Of a stretch of DNA of 64,000 nucleotides, positions 1 through 10,608 are shown piece after piece. A program made the translations under genes and the position numbers. Position 1 is the first letter of the stretch; every line of letters starts with the position of its first letter. Under the pieces are notes generated by a model. That model was given only the letters and a program-made list of their open reading frames with translations. It did no database searches and had not been told where the DNA came from. The DNA comes from Deinococcota bacterium (GTDB lineage: Bacteria; Deinococcota; Deinococci; Deinococcales; Thermaceae). The stretch lies in contig JBGFRI010000011.1 in NCBI GenBank assembly GCA_041695225.1, positions 1 to 64,000 on the forward strand. The letters are read 5' to 3'.

Positions 1-93
1 TTTCACCAGTGGGTCACTCTGCTCGGCCAGCTTTTCCAAACGGACTTCCTCATCAAAGAGCCCTCTGGCCGATGCGGTTTTGTACTTCATCAT
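1..93 (-). CDS. IS5-family transposase, N-terminal fragment (truncated by window)
   Basis: Hand translation MMKYKTASARGLFDEEVRLEKLAEQSDPLVK matches the FD..R...L....DPL N-terminus of IS5 transposases. Confidence 0.65.
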   Translation of the reverse strand, partial: MMKYKTASARGLFDEEVRLEKLAEQSDPLVK

Positions 94-171
94 AGTAAAA
101 TTTTACCCTACCCAGTTCTTTAGAAGCAATTCATCCAAAGGTAAGCTGGCAGTGAGTTTTTCGAGGTGCCC
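1..171 (-). mobile_element. Left end of an IS5-family insertion sequence (continues off window)
   Basis: Minus-strand transposase start at 93; candidate terminal IR GGGCACCTCGAAAAAC ends at 171, next to TTAA (172-175), a YTAR-type IS5 target. Confidence 0.6.
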
Positions 172-576
172 TTAAGCTAATGTCCTTTCTAAAATCGGTT
201 TTTTGCTCGCAATGCGAAGTGCGCTCTTCGGGGTCCGGTATCGGCAGAACGTGTCAAATACCGACTGCTGCGATTTTCAGGCGAGCTTGGGCAGATAACT
301 TAGGGCTAGAGCGCTTTCGCTTCTAGGCTCCTCTTCTTCGGAGTCCGTGGGGCGCTTTCATGCAGACTTCGCCAGTGACGGCACTAATCTGCTCCGTGTA
401 TTGGCGGAGTAGCTCCAGAAAAACACACCTGATGCGGCTCAAAGCGATGCGTCTGTCCAGAGCGGGCCTACCGGCAGGGTCTGGTGCTTGAGGTTGCGGC
501 AGGCGGTCGAGTACAGTTCGGTGCGTGGGGCCCCAAAGCAGGGTGGCATGGTTCAAGACACTGGCCTCCAAAGGGT

Positions 577-1146
577 TCAAAGTAGCTCTTGGAACTGCTC
601 CAGCAGCATTACGCTGCGGGGCAGGCCCTGGGCTTTTAGGGTCTCTAGCAGCTCCTGGGCGGTTTTGGGCGGCTGGCGCAGAAGTGAGCGCTGGATCTTG
701 ATTGCCTTTAGTACTCTGGCGGTATCGAGGTCGATCAGGTCGAGCACAAACTCATCGGGGTGCAGGGCCTCGAGGCCATAGGTCTTCAGGGTGTCGGCAG
801 GAAAGTCGCGCTGGTTGAGGGTCACGATGGCGTCCGCACCGCAGCGGATGGCGGCGGCCAGCACGTGGCGGTCGTCGGGGTCGGGGAGTGTGAGCGCGGG
901 GATCAGCTCCTGGTAGCCTGTCACCAGACAGTCCAGTACTGCCCTGTTCATCAGTTCGCGGGTGCGTTCGAGCTGCTGTCGGGTCAGGTCGGGGCGGTTT
1001 TGCAGAAGCTTTTGCATCCACTCCTGGTGGATGTCTTGGGTCCACCTGGCCTGGTACAGGCCGGTGCGGGCCATGTGCAGGAGCAGATCGCGCAGCGGGG
1101 CGGGGTAGAGTACGTTGGCATCGTAGACCACCGTGAAGCTGGACAA
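577..1146 (-). CDS. PIN-domain toxin (VapC-like)
   Basis: YDANVL N-terminal PIN motif; LPDPDDRHVLAAA and IVT.N.RDF motifs. Confidence 0.85.
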   Translation of the reverse strand: MSSFTVVYDANVLYPAPLRDLLLHMARTGLYQARWTQDIHQEWMQKLLQNRPDLTRQQLERTRELMNRAVLDCLVTGYQELIPALTLPDPDDRHVLAAAIRCGADAIVTLNQRDFPADTLKTYGLEALHPDEFVLDLIDLDTARVLKAIKIQRSLLRQPPKTAQELLETLKAQGLPRSVMLLEQFQELL

Positions 1147-1148
1147 AC

Positions 1149-1589
1149 TCAGTACCCCATCTTGAGCTTCTGGGCCTGCTGCTGTAGCTGGCGCAGGGCC
1201 TCCTCCTGCTCGGCGCGGGTGCGGGCCAAGTAGGCCAGCAGGTCGGACAGGCTAACCCGGCGGTGGCTGCCCACCTTGCGGTGCGGGATTTCTCCCGCCT
1301 CCAGCAGCCCCACCAGAAACGGGCGCGAGACCTTAAGCAGGTCGGCGGCCTCCTGGGTGGTAAGTTCGGCCCCCTGCGGTATGACCTCGACCGAGCGGCC
1401 CAAAGCGGTATGCGCCAGAATTTCTTGCAGCAGCGCCAGTACGTCCTGGCCCAGCACCAGCGGGGCCGTCTCGCCGTTGATGTACAGGGTCAGGTCCTGG
1501 CCCGCGTACCTGGTCAGCCGCTCGCTAAGCTGTCTGGCCCGCTGGGCCTCGCACTCGCTGGGCAGATGGGGTGGGTTCAGTGTGGCCAT
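1149..1589 (-). CDS. Excisionase-family HTH protein, putative antitoxin
   Basis: ELTTQEAADLLKVSRPFLVGLLEAGEIPHRKVGSHRRV; 2 bp upstream of the PIN gene. Confidence 0.85.
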   Translation of the reverse strand: MATLNPPHLPSECEAQRARQLSERLTRYAGQDLTLYINGETAPLVLGQDVLALLQEILAHTALGRSVEVIPQGAELTTQEAADLLKVSRPFLVGLLEAGEIPHRKVGSHRRVSLSDLLAYLARTRAEQEEALRQLQQQAQKLKMGY

Positions 1590-2037
1590 GGGTTCACCTC
1601 CTCCAGTACGGCACGGTCTAGTATAATCGAAATAGTCACAATAATCAAAACAGGCAAAACGCTCTATGCCAGCCTCGCCCGCCGTCTTGCCTCTTCCTCC
1701 TGCTGCCGGGTGAGGTGAAGGTCGTTGCGCCGCTCGGTGGTTCCCGAGGCGTTCGGCTTCGGATCGGTGCCGCAGCCTTTGTTCGGATTGATGGTGAACC
1801 TGGCCCGAGCGTAGTGCACTGCTAACCTAATTCACGACGCTCATTTTGCCGCTAACCGAAACTTTCAGCCACCAATCCAGCCATGATCGGATAACAACCG
1901 ATATGAACTCTCCGCCACCTGGGCCAGGGAGCTTTATGCGTAGATCTGGGTGGTCGTTATGTGAAAGTGACCTGAGAAGTTCTGAATGCCTTGCGCTTTT
2001 GCTTGCAGGGCGCAACTACTCAGTACAGCCTGCTGCA

Positions 2038-2715
2038 TCACCACAGCCGGGTCAGCCAGGGTACCGGGCTCAGCAGGGGTTCGGCGTAGTTCACTCCCGT
2101 CAAATTGCCCCAGTAGCGCCGCAGCGCCCGCCTTGCCTCGACCCCTCCGGCGTGTACGGTTTCGGAAACCTTCTCACCTGCAAACTGGCTCCGGTAGACC
2201 CGTACCGAGGTCTCCCAAACCTCTATGTAAGCAGATATGTCCACGGCCAGGGTTGGTAGCGAAGGGTAGTTGCCAGGATAAAACAGTAGCCGCTCGACTT
2301 TGTGAGGGTCACCGTCTACAAGAGCCTTAGGTAGGCCAGCAAAGTGTGCTGCAGCAACACACAATCGGCTGGCCGCCAGGTGGTCGGGGTGGCGATCCGA
2401 CTCGTACGGCACTATCAGCACCCTGGGGCGCAACTCGCGAATAACTTGGGCCAGGGTGCGTCGCGGTAGATCGGAGTCGGCAATGGACCCATCGGCTAAA
2501 CCCAGGTTGCCGCGGTAGTCGAGTCCAAGAATTCTCGAGGCCTCTTTCGCCTCCTGAGCACGTATTGCCACTGTTCCTTTTGAACCCATCTCGCCCTGGG
2601 TCAGGTCGAGAATTCCGGTGCTTTGCTGCTCGGCCCTGGCCCGGGCCAGGATGCCTCCACAGCCCAGTTCGGCATCGTCGGGGTGCGGTGCAATCACCAA
2701 TAAGTCCAGACTCAT
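2038..2715 (-). CDS. bshB1: Bacillithiol biosynthesis deacetylase (PIG-L family)
   Basis: APHPDDAELGCGG, DLTQGEMGSKGT and DRHPDH motifs. Confidence 0.85.
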   Translation of the reverse strand: MSLDLLVIAPHPDDAELGCGGILARARAEQQSTGILDLTQGEMGSKGTVAIRAQEAKEASRILGLDYRGNLGLADGSIADSDLPRRTLAQVIRELRPRVLIVPYESDRHPDHLAASRLCVAAAHFAGLPKALVDGDPHKVERLLFYPGNYPSLPTLAVDISAYIEVWETSVRVYRSQFAGEKVSETVHAGGVEARRALRRYWGNLTGVNYAEPLLSPVPWLTRLW

Positions 2716-2928
2716 AACCCCAGGGTTATATCATGAAAGCCGGGTCAGTAACCTGCTAGTGCTTCGCGTAAGCATCTGGGCAGAGGGCTGGGAGTGCAAC
2801 AGGGTAGGGGAAAAGAGACGGGGTCAAGATGCAAGATGTTACTTGACCGCAGCAAGCAACGTATTCTGGCCCCTTTTGGCCTAGGGTGGTATGCAAGTCC
2901 ATTCGAGCAGACTTGGCGAAGGGCAGGC

Positions 2929-4176
2929 TCAGTATTCTGTTCGGCGATCAAGCGCTCTGGCGTGCGCTTCCAGGCCTTCCTCGCGGGCCATCCGCGCACC
3001 CAGAGCCGCGAGCTTGCCGGCGGCCTGCTGGGTGAGGCCCACCACCGGAATCACCTTGAGGAAGTCCCGCAGGGCCAGTCCCCCGCCAAAGCGGGCGGTG
3101 CCCGAGGTGGGCATTACGTGGCTTGGGCCAGCGATATAGTCGCCCAGGGCCTCGCAGGAGTGCTCACCCAGAAAAACCCCACCGGCGTTGCGTACCATCC
3201 CAAGTGCAGCCAGGGGGTCGTGGAGGGATAGGCAAAGGTGTTCGGGCGCATAGAGGTTGGCCAGCTCCAGGGCCTGTCCCAGGTGCTCGACCAGCACCAG
3301 CCCACTTCGCTTTAGGGCCTGACGGGCAGTCTCGGCTCGAGGCAGCTCTTCCAGCTGGCGCTTTAACTCCTCTCTGACCCGTTCCAGCAGTTCGGGGTAC
3401 CACGAGAGCAGCCAGGCCTCGGAGTCGGGGCCGTGCTCGGCTTGGGCTAGCATATCGGCAGCCAGCAGTTTGGGATCGGCAGAGGCATCGGCGATGATCA
3501 GGGTTTCGGTTGGCCCTGGCAGACCCTCCACACCCACTACCCCATAAACCTCGCGCTTGGCCAGGACCACATAGCGGCTGCCCGGCCCCACAAGTTTATC
3601 CACCCGGGGTACCAGCTGGGTTCCGTAGGCCATCGCAGCTACCGCTTGCGCGCCCCCCATGCCAAACAAACGGTCTGCCCCCGCCACCCAGGCCGCAGCC
3701 AGAATGCCTGAATGTACCCTGGGGGGGGAGGCCACCACAATTTCACCCACGCCCGCTACTTTGGCCGGAACCACGGTCATCAATACCGTAGAGAGCAAGG
3801 GGGCCGAGCCGCCTGGCACATACACTCCCACCCGGTCGAGTGGCCGTACTAGCTGGCCCAGGACCCCATCGGGCCCGGCCTGGATAAACCCGCCCATGGG
3901 CTCACGCCGGTAAAAGGCCTCGATGCGCTCTCTGGCGGTCTCGAGAGCATCTCGCAGCTCGGCATCCAGGTCCTCGTAAGCATCTCGCCAAAGCCGCTTG
4001 GGAATCTCTTCCACCGGGTGTCCGTCAAGCTCGTGGCTAATGCGTTGCAGGGCGGCGTCGCCTTCGTGCTGGATCTGGCGCAAAATTTGCCGCACCATTT
4101 CCAGGTCATCGCCATGCTCGATGGTCGTGCGGCGGTTCTGGAAATAGCTACGGATTTGCTCCGGGGTTTTGATCAT
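2929..4176 (-). CDS. hisD: Histidinol dehydrogenase
   Basis: [41 protein letters not shown] motifs. Confidence 0.97.
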   Translation of the reverse strand: MIKTPEQIRSYFQNRRTTIEHGDDLEMVRQILRQIQHEGDAALQRISHELDGHPVEEIPKRLWRDAYEDLDAELRDALETARERIEAFYRREPMGGFIQAGPDGVLGQLVRPLDRVGVYVPGGSAPLLSTVLMTVVPAKVAGVGEIVVASPPRVHSGILAAAWVAGADRLFGMGGAQAVAAMAYGTQLVPRVDKLVGPGSRYVVLAKREVYGVVGVEGLPGPTETLIIADASADPKLLAADMLAQAEHGPDSEAWLLSWYPELLERVREELKRQLEELPRAETARQALKRSGLVLVEHLGQALELANLYAPEHLCLSLHDPLAALGMVRNAGGVFLGEHSCEALGDYIAGPSHVMPTSGTARFGGGLALRDFLKVIPVVGLTQQAAGKLAALGARMAREEGLEAHARALDRRTEY

Positions 4177-4350
4177 AAGAGCCCTTTGCCCATCACAACC
4201 AGTATGGTAACGCGATCGGCGCCTGATTCATATTTCTGGCCTCTGTCTCGCATTCGGCCGCTCCACTAAGGGAGCCTGTTCGCAGCATAGCCGGCATCCC
4301 AGTCAGCAAACGCCAGCAAATTTCACAAAGGGTTAGCATGGGTCTGGCCT

Positions 4351-5163
4351 CTAGCTATAACGTCTGCGACGACGACGGCGACGGCCAGAGCTATCTCCGT
4401 CGCGCGCTTTAGGCGGCTCACCCGAGACCACTCTGGGCTTGGTGGGTTCTCGAGCAACCGCTCGCCCACGGCTGGCATCGCGCTGGGAGCTGGGCCGCCG
4501 GGTAGTCTTTGGGTCCGGCTCTGAAGACTGTAAGCGCTGACCGGCCTCGAGGCGCTGCACCTGAACCAGCTCCGCCTCGAAGACGTGCTCGCCAACCTTC
4601 TGCGTCAGGCGCACCGGATAGCCTTCCTCGTCGAAGTAGAGCAGGCTGAGCCCGGGGCGCAGGCGGTAAACCCGCACATTTCGCTCGACTTTCTCGCCCG
4701 AAGCTACAACCGAAGCTACAACCTCCACACTCTGGTCGGGGAGACGTTCGGCGTAGGCCCGCCCCCCAACCAGAGCAAACTTCTCTACCTCGCCCACTGC
4801 TAGCTTTAGCTCTCCCACCGCAAAAATCAGTGAGAGCGGGTCGTAGATCTGGGCCAGGTAGGGAATGGCAAACTCGTCCTTGCCCTGGCTTACCGTTACC
4901 AGCCCATCCTGGCGGGAAAACTCCACCTCCATTAGCCGCGCCCCGCCTCCTTCCACCCGTTCGCGGTAGCGGAGAGGCAGCCCCTGGCGGTCTACCTCGC
5001 TCTCCCAGCGCTGGCGGGTTTTGGGCAAGGGCAGTTCGACGCTGGCCTCCAGGGTCAGGCGCAGCCCGTCGCGGCGGGGCTCGAGGCTCAGGCGCTGTTC
5101 ACCTGCCGGATGCCCGGCATACCTGAGGGTGTAGCGTAGCAATTGCGCAACCGCCGTGTCCAT
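4351..5163 (-). CDS. Conserved hypothetical protein (beta-rich, DUF3108-like) with basic tail
   Basis: 270-aa ORF; DPLSL motif and Arg-rich C-terminus. Confidence 0.55.
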   Translation of the reverse strand: MDTAVAQLLRYTLRYAGHPAGEQRLSLEPRRDGLRLTLEASVELPLPKTRQRWESEVDRQGLPLRYRERVEGGGARLMEVEFSRQDGLVTVSQGKDEFAIPYLAQIYDPLSLIFAVGELKLAVGEVEKFALVGGRAYAERLPDQSVEVVASVVASGEKVERNVRVYRLRPGLSLLYFDEEGYPVRLTQKVGEHVFEAELVQVQRLEAGQRLQSSEPDPKTTRRPSSQRDASRGRAVAREPTKPRVVSGEPPKARDGDSSGRRRRRRRRYS

Positions 5164-5559
5164 GTCTTATATCCTACCAGTCTCCAATCCAGAGCTTGCA
5201 TGCTTCCAGGGTATTTTTGTGGCCAGGTCCGTCGGTGCAGATCACTTGGCCCAGATACAGCAACAAGTGCTAACAAAGTGCCAACACACCCTGGCAGACT
5301 GGCCGGCACTGCCTCGGTGGGCTGGGCAAAGTTCCGGCCGACCTGGGGGTGGAGCTCGATTTTGTTCGCCGGCTGCTCCGTTGCCAGGTGTCAAGGGTCG
5401 AGCGCCAGGGGCCAGTGCAAAAAAGGTGTGCAACCAGGCCATGCGTGTACTGCAGCGATCAAGGTTCTAGGTACCCGCCCTGTCACAAAGCAGGTGCTTG
5501 GTCTGAATATCGGGCCAGGACTGCATTTTCCTCCCGGTCGTTACCTGGAGTGGCCGGGC

Positions 5560-6237
5560 CTAGCGTAGCGAAAACGGGCTAAAACGGGTATCGCGGTCGA
5601 AATAGTCCTCGTTCTCGGCGCGTTTCAAAAAGCCAGCCGTTAGGTAGATAACTGGGGTGAAGAGCACCTCCACCCCCGCCTTGAAGACGTAGTTGGAAAC
5701 AAACACCGTCAGGAGCAGCTGGTTATCCCAGACTCCGTAAAACGCAATCAGCAAAAAGACTGCGGTGTCTAGCCCCTGCCCCACCAGGGTAGAGGCGATG
5801 GTGCGCAGGGCCAGCCAGCGACCACCGGTCGCCACCTTGAGCCTGGCCATAATGTAGGCATTGACGAAACTGCCCAGCCAGAAAGCTACCAGGCTACCCA
5901 GCACGATGCGGGGCACCAGGCCCAAAAGGCTCGAAAAGGCCGCAGCAACCTGCTGGCTAAACTCGTCACCGGGGGCGGGTAGGGCGCTGACCAGACCCAG
6001 GGTCAGGGCGGCCAGCATCAGCAGAAAAAACCCGGTCCAGATCACCCGGCGGCTTCTCTTGTAGCCATATACCTCGGTGAGCAGGTCGCCCAAGATATAG
6101 GCCAGCGGAAATAGCAGGGTTCCGCCATCGAAGGTGAACGGGCCAAAAAGCACTACCTTGGTCGAGGCGATATTGGAGACGATCAAGACCACCACAAACG
6201 CGGCGGTAATCAGGTCGAGGTAGCGGTAGCTTTTCAT
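5560..6237 (-). CDS. Queuosine precursor transporter (YhhQ/VUT family)
   Basis: SNIASTK, FPLAYILGDLLTEVYG, RTIASTLVGQGLDT; multiple TM helices; start taken at MKSYRY. Confidence 0.9.
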   Translation of the reverse strand: MKSYRYLDLITAAFVVVLIVSNIASTKVVLFGPFTFDGGTLLFPLAYILGDLLTEVYGYKRSRRVIWTGFFLLMLAALTLGLVSALPAPGDEFSQQVAAAFSSLLGLVPRIVLGSLVAFWLGSFVNAYIMARLKVATGGRWLALRTIASTLVGQGLDTAVFLLIAFYGVWDNQLLLTVFVSNYVFKAGVEVLFTPVIYLTAGFLKRAENEDYFDRDTRFSPFSLR

Positions 6238-6282
6238 GTCTGGCGCCGCTCTTGGCGCAAACAAGGGCCTATTCTAGCCCAT

Positions 6283-6813
6283 CTAGCTCTGGGAAGTGAT
6301 GTAGGGCAGGTTGCGGTCGAGTTGAGCCCGGTCGAGGCCGTAGCCGTAAACGAAGGCATCCTCGATCTCGAAGCCAAGGTAGTGAATGGGCACCTCGATC
6401 TGGCGTCTGGAGGGCTTGGACAAGAGCGCCGCCACCTCGAGCGAGGCTGGCTGGCGGGCCTTTAGCAGGCGCAGCAGGTAATTGAGAGTGATACCAGTAT
6501 CCACAATATCCTCGACGACCATAACTCTGCGGCCGGCAATGGGCATCCGCAGGTCTTTCACCAGCTCTACCTCGCCGCTGGTCCTCTGGGCGCTGCCATA
6601 AGATGAAACTGCCAGAAAGTCCAGGGTGAGGGGCAGGTCAATGGCCCGCACCAGGTCGGCCATAAAGATGAATGCCCCGTTCAACACGCAGACCAGATGG
6701 AGCTCGTAACCCTGGTAATTACGCTTTATCTGGTCTCCGAGTTCGCGAACTCGGGCGGCGATCTGAGCCTCGCTGATCTGTACTCTTCCTGGCCCCGCTT
6801 GAAACACGCTCAC
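6283..6813 (-). CDS. hpt: Hypoxanthine phosphoribosyltransferase
   Basis: VLNGAFIFMADL, VVEDIVDTG PRPP motif, FVYGYGLD. Confidence 0.95.
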   Translation of the reverse strand: MSVFQAGPGRVQISEAQIAARVRELGDQIKRNYQGYELHLVCVLNGAFIFMADLVRAIDLPLTLDFLAVSSYGSAQRTSGEVELVKDLRMPIAGRRVMVVEDIVDTGITLNYLLRLLKARQPASLEVAALLSKPSRRQIEVPIHYLGFEIEDAFVYGYGLDRAQLDRNLPYITSQS

Positions 6814-7684
6814 GGCTCGATTCTACGGCACGTTTTGTACCCCGTACACCCGTTTTGGGTGATGGGGGTTTGCTGCGAGCGGCGGCAGCTGGCCGAGCCG
6901 TGGCAGCTTTGGGCCTTGCTGTGCTGGCCCGCTGGCCATGGGAGTCTAACGGTTTCTGAGGCTGGGTCTGAGCAGGTTTGCGGGCTCTGGCCGGCTGGCT
7001 GATGCTGCGTAAGAGCCGTATTTCCTGGCTGGACAGATACCGCCAGGCCCCGACCTCGAGCTCCCCCAGCCCCATCGGGCCCACCGCTAGCCGCACCAGT
7101 CTTTTTACCGGATGCCCCACCTTGCCCAGCATGCGCCGCACCTCACGCTTGCGCCCTTCGGCCAGCACCAGCCGGACTCCGTCGTGGGTTGGGGTGGCCT
7201 CGAGAGCCCGGGCCAGCCCATCTTCCAGCATCACCCCCTGGATAAGCCGACGACAGGTCTCCTTATTCACCCGGCCCCGCCGGCTCCAGACCCGGTACAG
7301 CCTGGGTACCTGGTTGCGTGGGTGGGTCAGAAGCTGGGTCAGGTCTCCATCGTTGGTCAGTAAGAGCAGTCCTTCGGTGTCCTTATCCAGACGCCCGATG
7401 GCGTGCAGACCGGGGTGCCTGGGCACCAGATCGTAGACCAACTTTTGGGCGTGTTTGTCCTCGTGGGTTGTGGTGTAGTCCAGGGGCTTGTTGAGCGCAA
7501 TCACCACCTTCTTATGCGGCTGCCGCACCCTCTCTCCATCCAGCATGACCAGATCACCCGACCGCACCCTGGCCCCAATGGCTGCAACCTGGTGATTGAT
7601 GGTGACCCGGCCAGCACGGATCAAATCCTCGGCTTTGCGGCGGCTGGCAATGCCTGCTCGAGCTAGGAATTGTTGCAGGCGCAT
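6719..7684 (-). CDS. rRNA pseudouridine synthase (RsuA/RluB family)
   Basis: S4 domain RLQQFLARAGIASRR; GRLDKDTEGLLLLTNDG catalytic motif; low-complexity tail overlaps hpt. Confidence 0.9.
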   Translation of the reverse strand: MRLQQFLARAGIASRRKAEDLIRAGRVTINHQVAAIGARVRSGDLVMLDGERVRQPHKKVVIALNKPLDYTTTHEDKHAQKLVYDLVPRHPGLHAIGRLDKDTEGLLLLTNDGDLTQLLTHPRNQVPRLYRVWSRRGRVNKETCRRLIQGVMLEDGLARALEATPTHDGVRLVLAEGRKREVRRMLGKVGHPVKRLVRLAVGPMGLGELEVGAWRYLSSQEIRLLRSISQPARARKPAQTQPQKPLDSHGQRASTARPKAATARPAAAARSKPPSPKTGVRGTKRAVESSRERVSSGARKSTDQRGSDRRPSSRTRRPDKA

Positions 7685-7727
7685 ACCCTCCATTGTATAA
7701 CCCAAAACAGCCATTGTTCACCCACGT

Positions 7728-7885
7728 TTGACTTTCGACCTGCCACTTTTTTGAAGAATGTCAAAGGTCTAAGGTCAAAGGTCTAACGACTTTCGACCTG
7801 CGAGATTCCATCAGCCTATAGCCGATAGCATTTGACCTGCGACCCTCGACTCTCGACCCTCGACCAACTTCTGACCTGCGACTTT
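7728..7885. repeat. Dispersed intergenic element built from 7-nt units (copy A)
   Basis: Near-identical blocks recur at ~9020-9200 (direct) and ~18435-18650 (inverted). Confidence 0.85.
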
Positions 7886-8187
7886 CTTTAGCCCACCAGC
7901 GACACCCCATGTCCACAAACATGTCGCCCGGATCACGACGACGGGGATACGGCCAGAACGGCAACTAGTTGTAACAGTAGCGCACCGGAGCAAAGCACAG
8001 CAGGGCTAAACTCAACGCAGGCCTCGAGGCCATAGACTGGATAATGGAGTGGCAGAGGCTTGTCCTGAGCCTTGCCCTGAGCCCGTCGAATGGGCCGACG
8101 AAGGGGCCGTCGAAGGGATGAGGGGGATTAATCCATGCAGGCTACGCAAAAGGAGTTTGCAGCACCCCCTGGGCTTCAACCAACGCC

Positions 8188-8994
8188 TCACAGGGGCGAG
8201 TTTTTCTGGAAATTGGGCCTGCGCTTTTCTTTGAGCGAGGCCAGGCCTTCCCCGGCATCCGGCCCCATGAAACCCAGAAATTCCAGGGCCAGAGAGGTGT
8301 CGAAATTTGGCCCCATCATACGCAGCCAGTTGTTGAGGGCATATTTGCTAAAGCGAATGGCTGTGGGAGAGCCCTGGGTTAGCTTTTGCGCGATGGTGAG
8401 GGCCTGACTATAGACCTCGCTGTCTTCCACACACCTCGAGACCAGCCCGATGCGCTCAGCCTCCTCACCCGATAGCGGCTCGTTCAGAAGAAGGTAATAC
8501 TTGGCTTTGCTCAGCCCGCACAGCAAAGGCCAGACCATCACCGAGTGGTCGCCCGCCGCCACCCCCAGCCGCACATGCCCATCAACAATACGGGCATTTC
8601 TGCCGGCCACGCTAATGTCTGCCAGCAGGGCCACCGCCAGGCCAGCTCCCACGGCAGGGCCCTCGATGGCCGCCACAATGGGCTTGGAACAGTTCACCAC
8701 TCCGTACACCAGGTCGCGGGCTTCCTTCCAGACCCGCAGCAGGGCCTGGTAATCCCGGATCATCTCCTCGATCATCTCGAAGTCGCCGCCGCTGCTAAAA
8801 GCCCCTCCCTCGCCCCGCACCAGCACCGCCCCGACACTCTCGTCGGCGTCTATCTCCCGCCAGACATAGGCTAGCTCGCGGTGCATCTGGCTGTCGGCGG
8901 CATTGAGCCGGCCAGGGTTAGAGAGGACAAGTTCCAGCACACCTTCGCTGGGCTGGGCAAACTTCAAACGCCGATACTGCTCTTGCCAGTTCAT
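8188..8994 (-). CDS. Enoyl-CoA hydratase/isomerase family protein
   Basis: [33 protein letters not shown] crotonase motifs. Confidence 0.92.
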   Translation of the reverse strand: MNWQEQYRRLKFAQPSEGVLELVLSNPGRLNAADSQMHRELAYVWREIDADESVGAVLVRGEGGAFSSGGDFEMIEEMIRDYQALLRVWKEARDLVYGVVNCSKPIVAAIEGPAVGAGLAVALLADISVAGRNARIVDGHVRLGVAAGDHSVMVWPLLCGLSKAKYYLLLNEPLSGEEAERIGLVSRCVEDSEVYSQALTIAQKLTQGSPTAIRFSKYALNNWLRMMGPNFDTSLALEFLGFMGPDAGEGLASLKEKRRPNFQKNSPL

Positions 8995-9019
8995 GCTAAA
9001 AGTTTACGCATTGCGGTAA

Positions 9020-9200
9020 GTGTCGAGGGTCTAAGGTCAAGGTCAAAGGTCTAAGGTCAAAGGTCTAACGACTTTCGACCTGCGAGATGCCATTAGCCTA
9101 TAGCTAATAGCTAATAGCCTATAGCTGATAGCATTTGACCTGCGACCCTCGACTCTCGACCCTCGACCAACTTCTGACCTGCGACTTGCGACCTTTGACT
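9020..9200. repeat. Dispersed heptamer-built element (copy B)
   Basis: GGTCAAAGGTCTAACGACTTTCGACCTGCGAGAT...GACCCTCGACTCTCGACCCTCGACCAACTTCTGACCTGCGACT shared with copy A. Confidence 0.85.
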
Positions 9201-9257
9201 GTAGTTGTTGACTATGACCTACTCACTTCCGGTCATATCTGGGTAGAATCCGCTGGC

Positions 9258-10187
9258 ATGGCCCTCTTTGCCGTGAACAAGCCGCTCGGCCGCACCTCGC
9301 ACGACGTGGTGGAGATGGCCCGTAAACTGCTACAGACGCGACGGGTAGGCCACACCGGAACCCTGGATCCGCTGGCAACGGGGCTTTTGATCCTGGCGGT
9401 GGATACCTCGACCAAGCTGGTGCCTTTTTTGTCGGCCGAAGTTAAAGAGTATATCGCCTGGGTTTCGTTTGGGGCGACCACCGAGACCCTGGACGCCGAG
9501 GGGAAAGTTGTTGCAGAAAGCTCCAGACGTCCGACCCAGCGCGAGCTTGAGGCGGCTCTGCCAGCATTCCTGGAGATGACCCACCAGACGCCGCCGACTT
9601 ACTCGGCGGTAAAGGTGGGAGGGGTCAAGGCCTACGAAGCGGCGCGTAAGGGGCAGGCGCTAGAGCTCGAGCCCCGCCCGGTCAGATACCTCGAGGTTAG
9701 CCTTCTGTCCTACGACCCGTACCTGGTCGCGCACCGCATTGCCCCTTCGGCAGCGGGCTGGCAGCTATCTGAACGGGGCCGCAGAGTGGAGCTGCCCAGG
9801 CCGGTGGGCGACTACCCTACTGCCGTGATCCGCCTGGTGGTGGGGTCGGGAACATATGTGCGCTCGTTTGCCCGCGACCTGGGGGAACAACTGCAAAGCA
9901 AGGCCTTCCTTTCGGGCCTGGTGCGGACCAGGGTGGGGAGAGTTGGCCTCGAGCAGGCCCAGGAGATCGAAAACCTGGATCCTCAGAAAACACTGGACGA
10001 GCTCGAGGCCCTCTCCTGCCCCAGCGTAGAGCTCTCTCACACCGAGGCCCGGCGGGTAATGGACGGGGTACCCTTGCCCATCCCGGCCAAGGGCCTGGTG
10101 GCCCTGATTGGCCCCAAGCGCCGCCTGGTGGCGATCGCCGAGGGGGATGGTTTTAAGTTGCGTATCAAGCGGGTGCTCAGGGAATAA
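9258..10187 (+). CDS. truB: tRNA pseudouridine(55) synthase
   Basis: NKPLGRTSHDVV, VGHTGTLDPLATG, GTYVRS; start at ATG 9258 just after TAGAAT (upstream extension is repeat DNA). Confidence 0.95.
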   Translation: MALFAVNKPLGRTSHDVVEMARKLLQTRRVGHTGTLDPLATGLLILAVDTSTKLVPFLSAEVKEYIAWVSFGATTETLDAEGKVVAESSRRPTQRELEAALPAFLEMTHQTPPTYSAVKVGGVKAYEAARKGQALELEPRPVRYLEVSLLSYDPYLVAHRIAPSAAGWQLSERGRRVELPRPVGDYPTAVIRLVVGSGTYVRSFARDLGEQLQSKAFLSGLVRTRVGRVGLEQAQEIENLDPQKTLDELEALSCPSVELSHTEARRVMDGVPLPIPAKGLVALIGPKRRLVAIAEGDGFKLRIKRVLRE

Positions 10188-10608
10188 GGCCCATAGTTAA
10201 GTGGCTACTTTTTGGGGCGGCAATACTTACCGGTTTCAAACCCATATCGGTCAGCGCGCCAAGGCTCAACCATCTGCGCTCTTTTGGCTCTCTGCCCTCG
10301 ACTCTGAACATTAGACTAAAGTTCCTCCAGATGAAAGCGGCGAAAGTGATCACTGGAACAGGTAATGCCAGCTCTGAACGATGCCTGAGTCTACTCATGT
10401 ACTAGGGGTCGCATCTTCCGCACATCACTACCAACCGCCTGTTAGAAAAGCTGTGCTTTTAGCCTGGGCAAGGCCGTCTGGGTACAGGAAGGACGTACCC
10501 AGAACGATGACGAGGCCGAAGAGAGATTTAACCTTTCCAGGGCAGAAGAAGCTCTCTGCTTAGCTTTGGGAACTTCAGACTAGACAGGAGGCAGGGTGCC
10601 GACCATGG

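Noticed and set aside
1720..1860. Integron attC-like sites (GTTCGG, GCTAAC boxes) around the TA pair
   Set aside because: Could not pair R''/R' and L boxes convincingly; no integron integrase in window
2756..2902. 48-aa Cys-containing minus-strand ORF between hisD and bshB1
   Set aside because: No clear RBS or recognisable family; could be chance
5156..5560. Short ORFs or pseudogene between the 4351-5163 gene and the transporter
   Set aside because: No frame gives a recognisable protein
9135..9257. N-terminal extension of TruB in the ORF track
   Set aside because: Translates heptamer repeat DNA; true start is likely 9258
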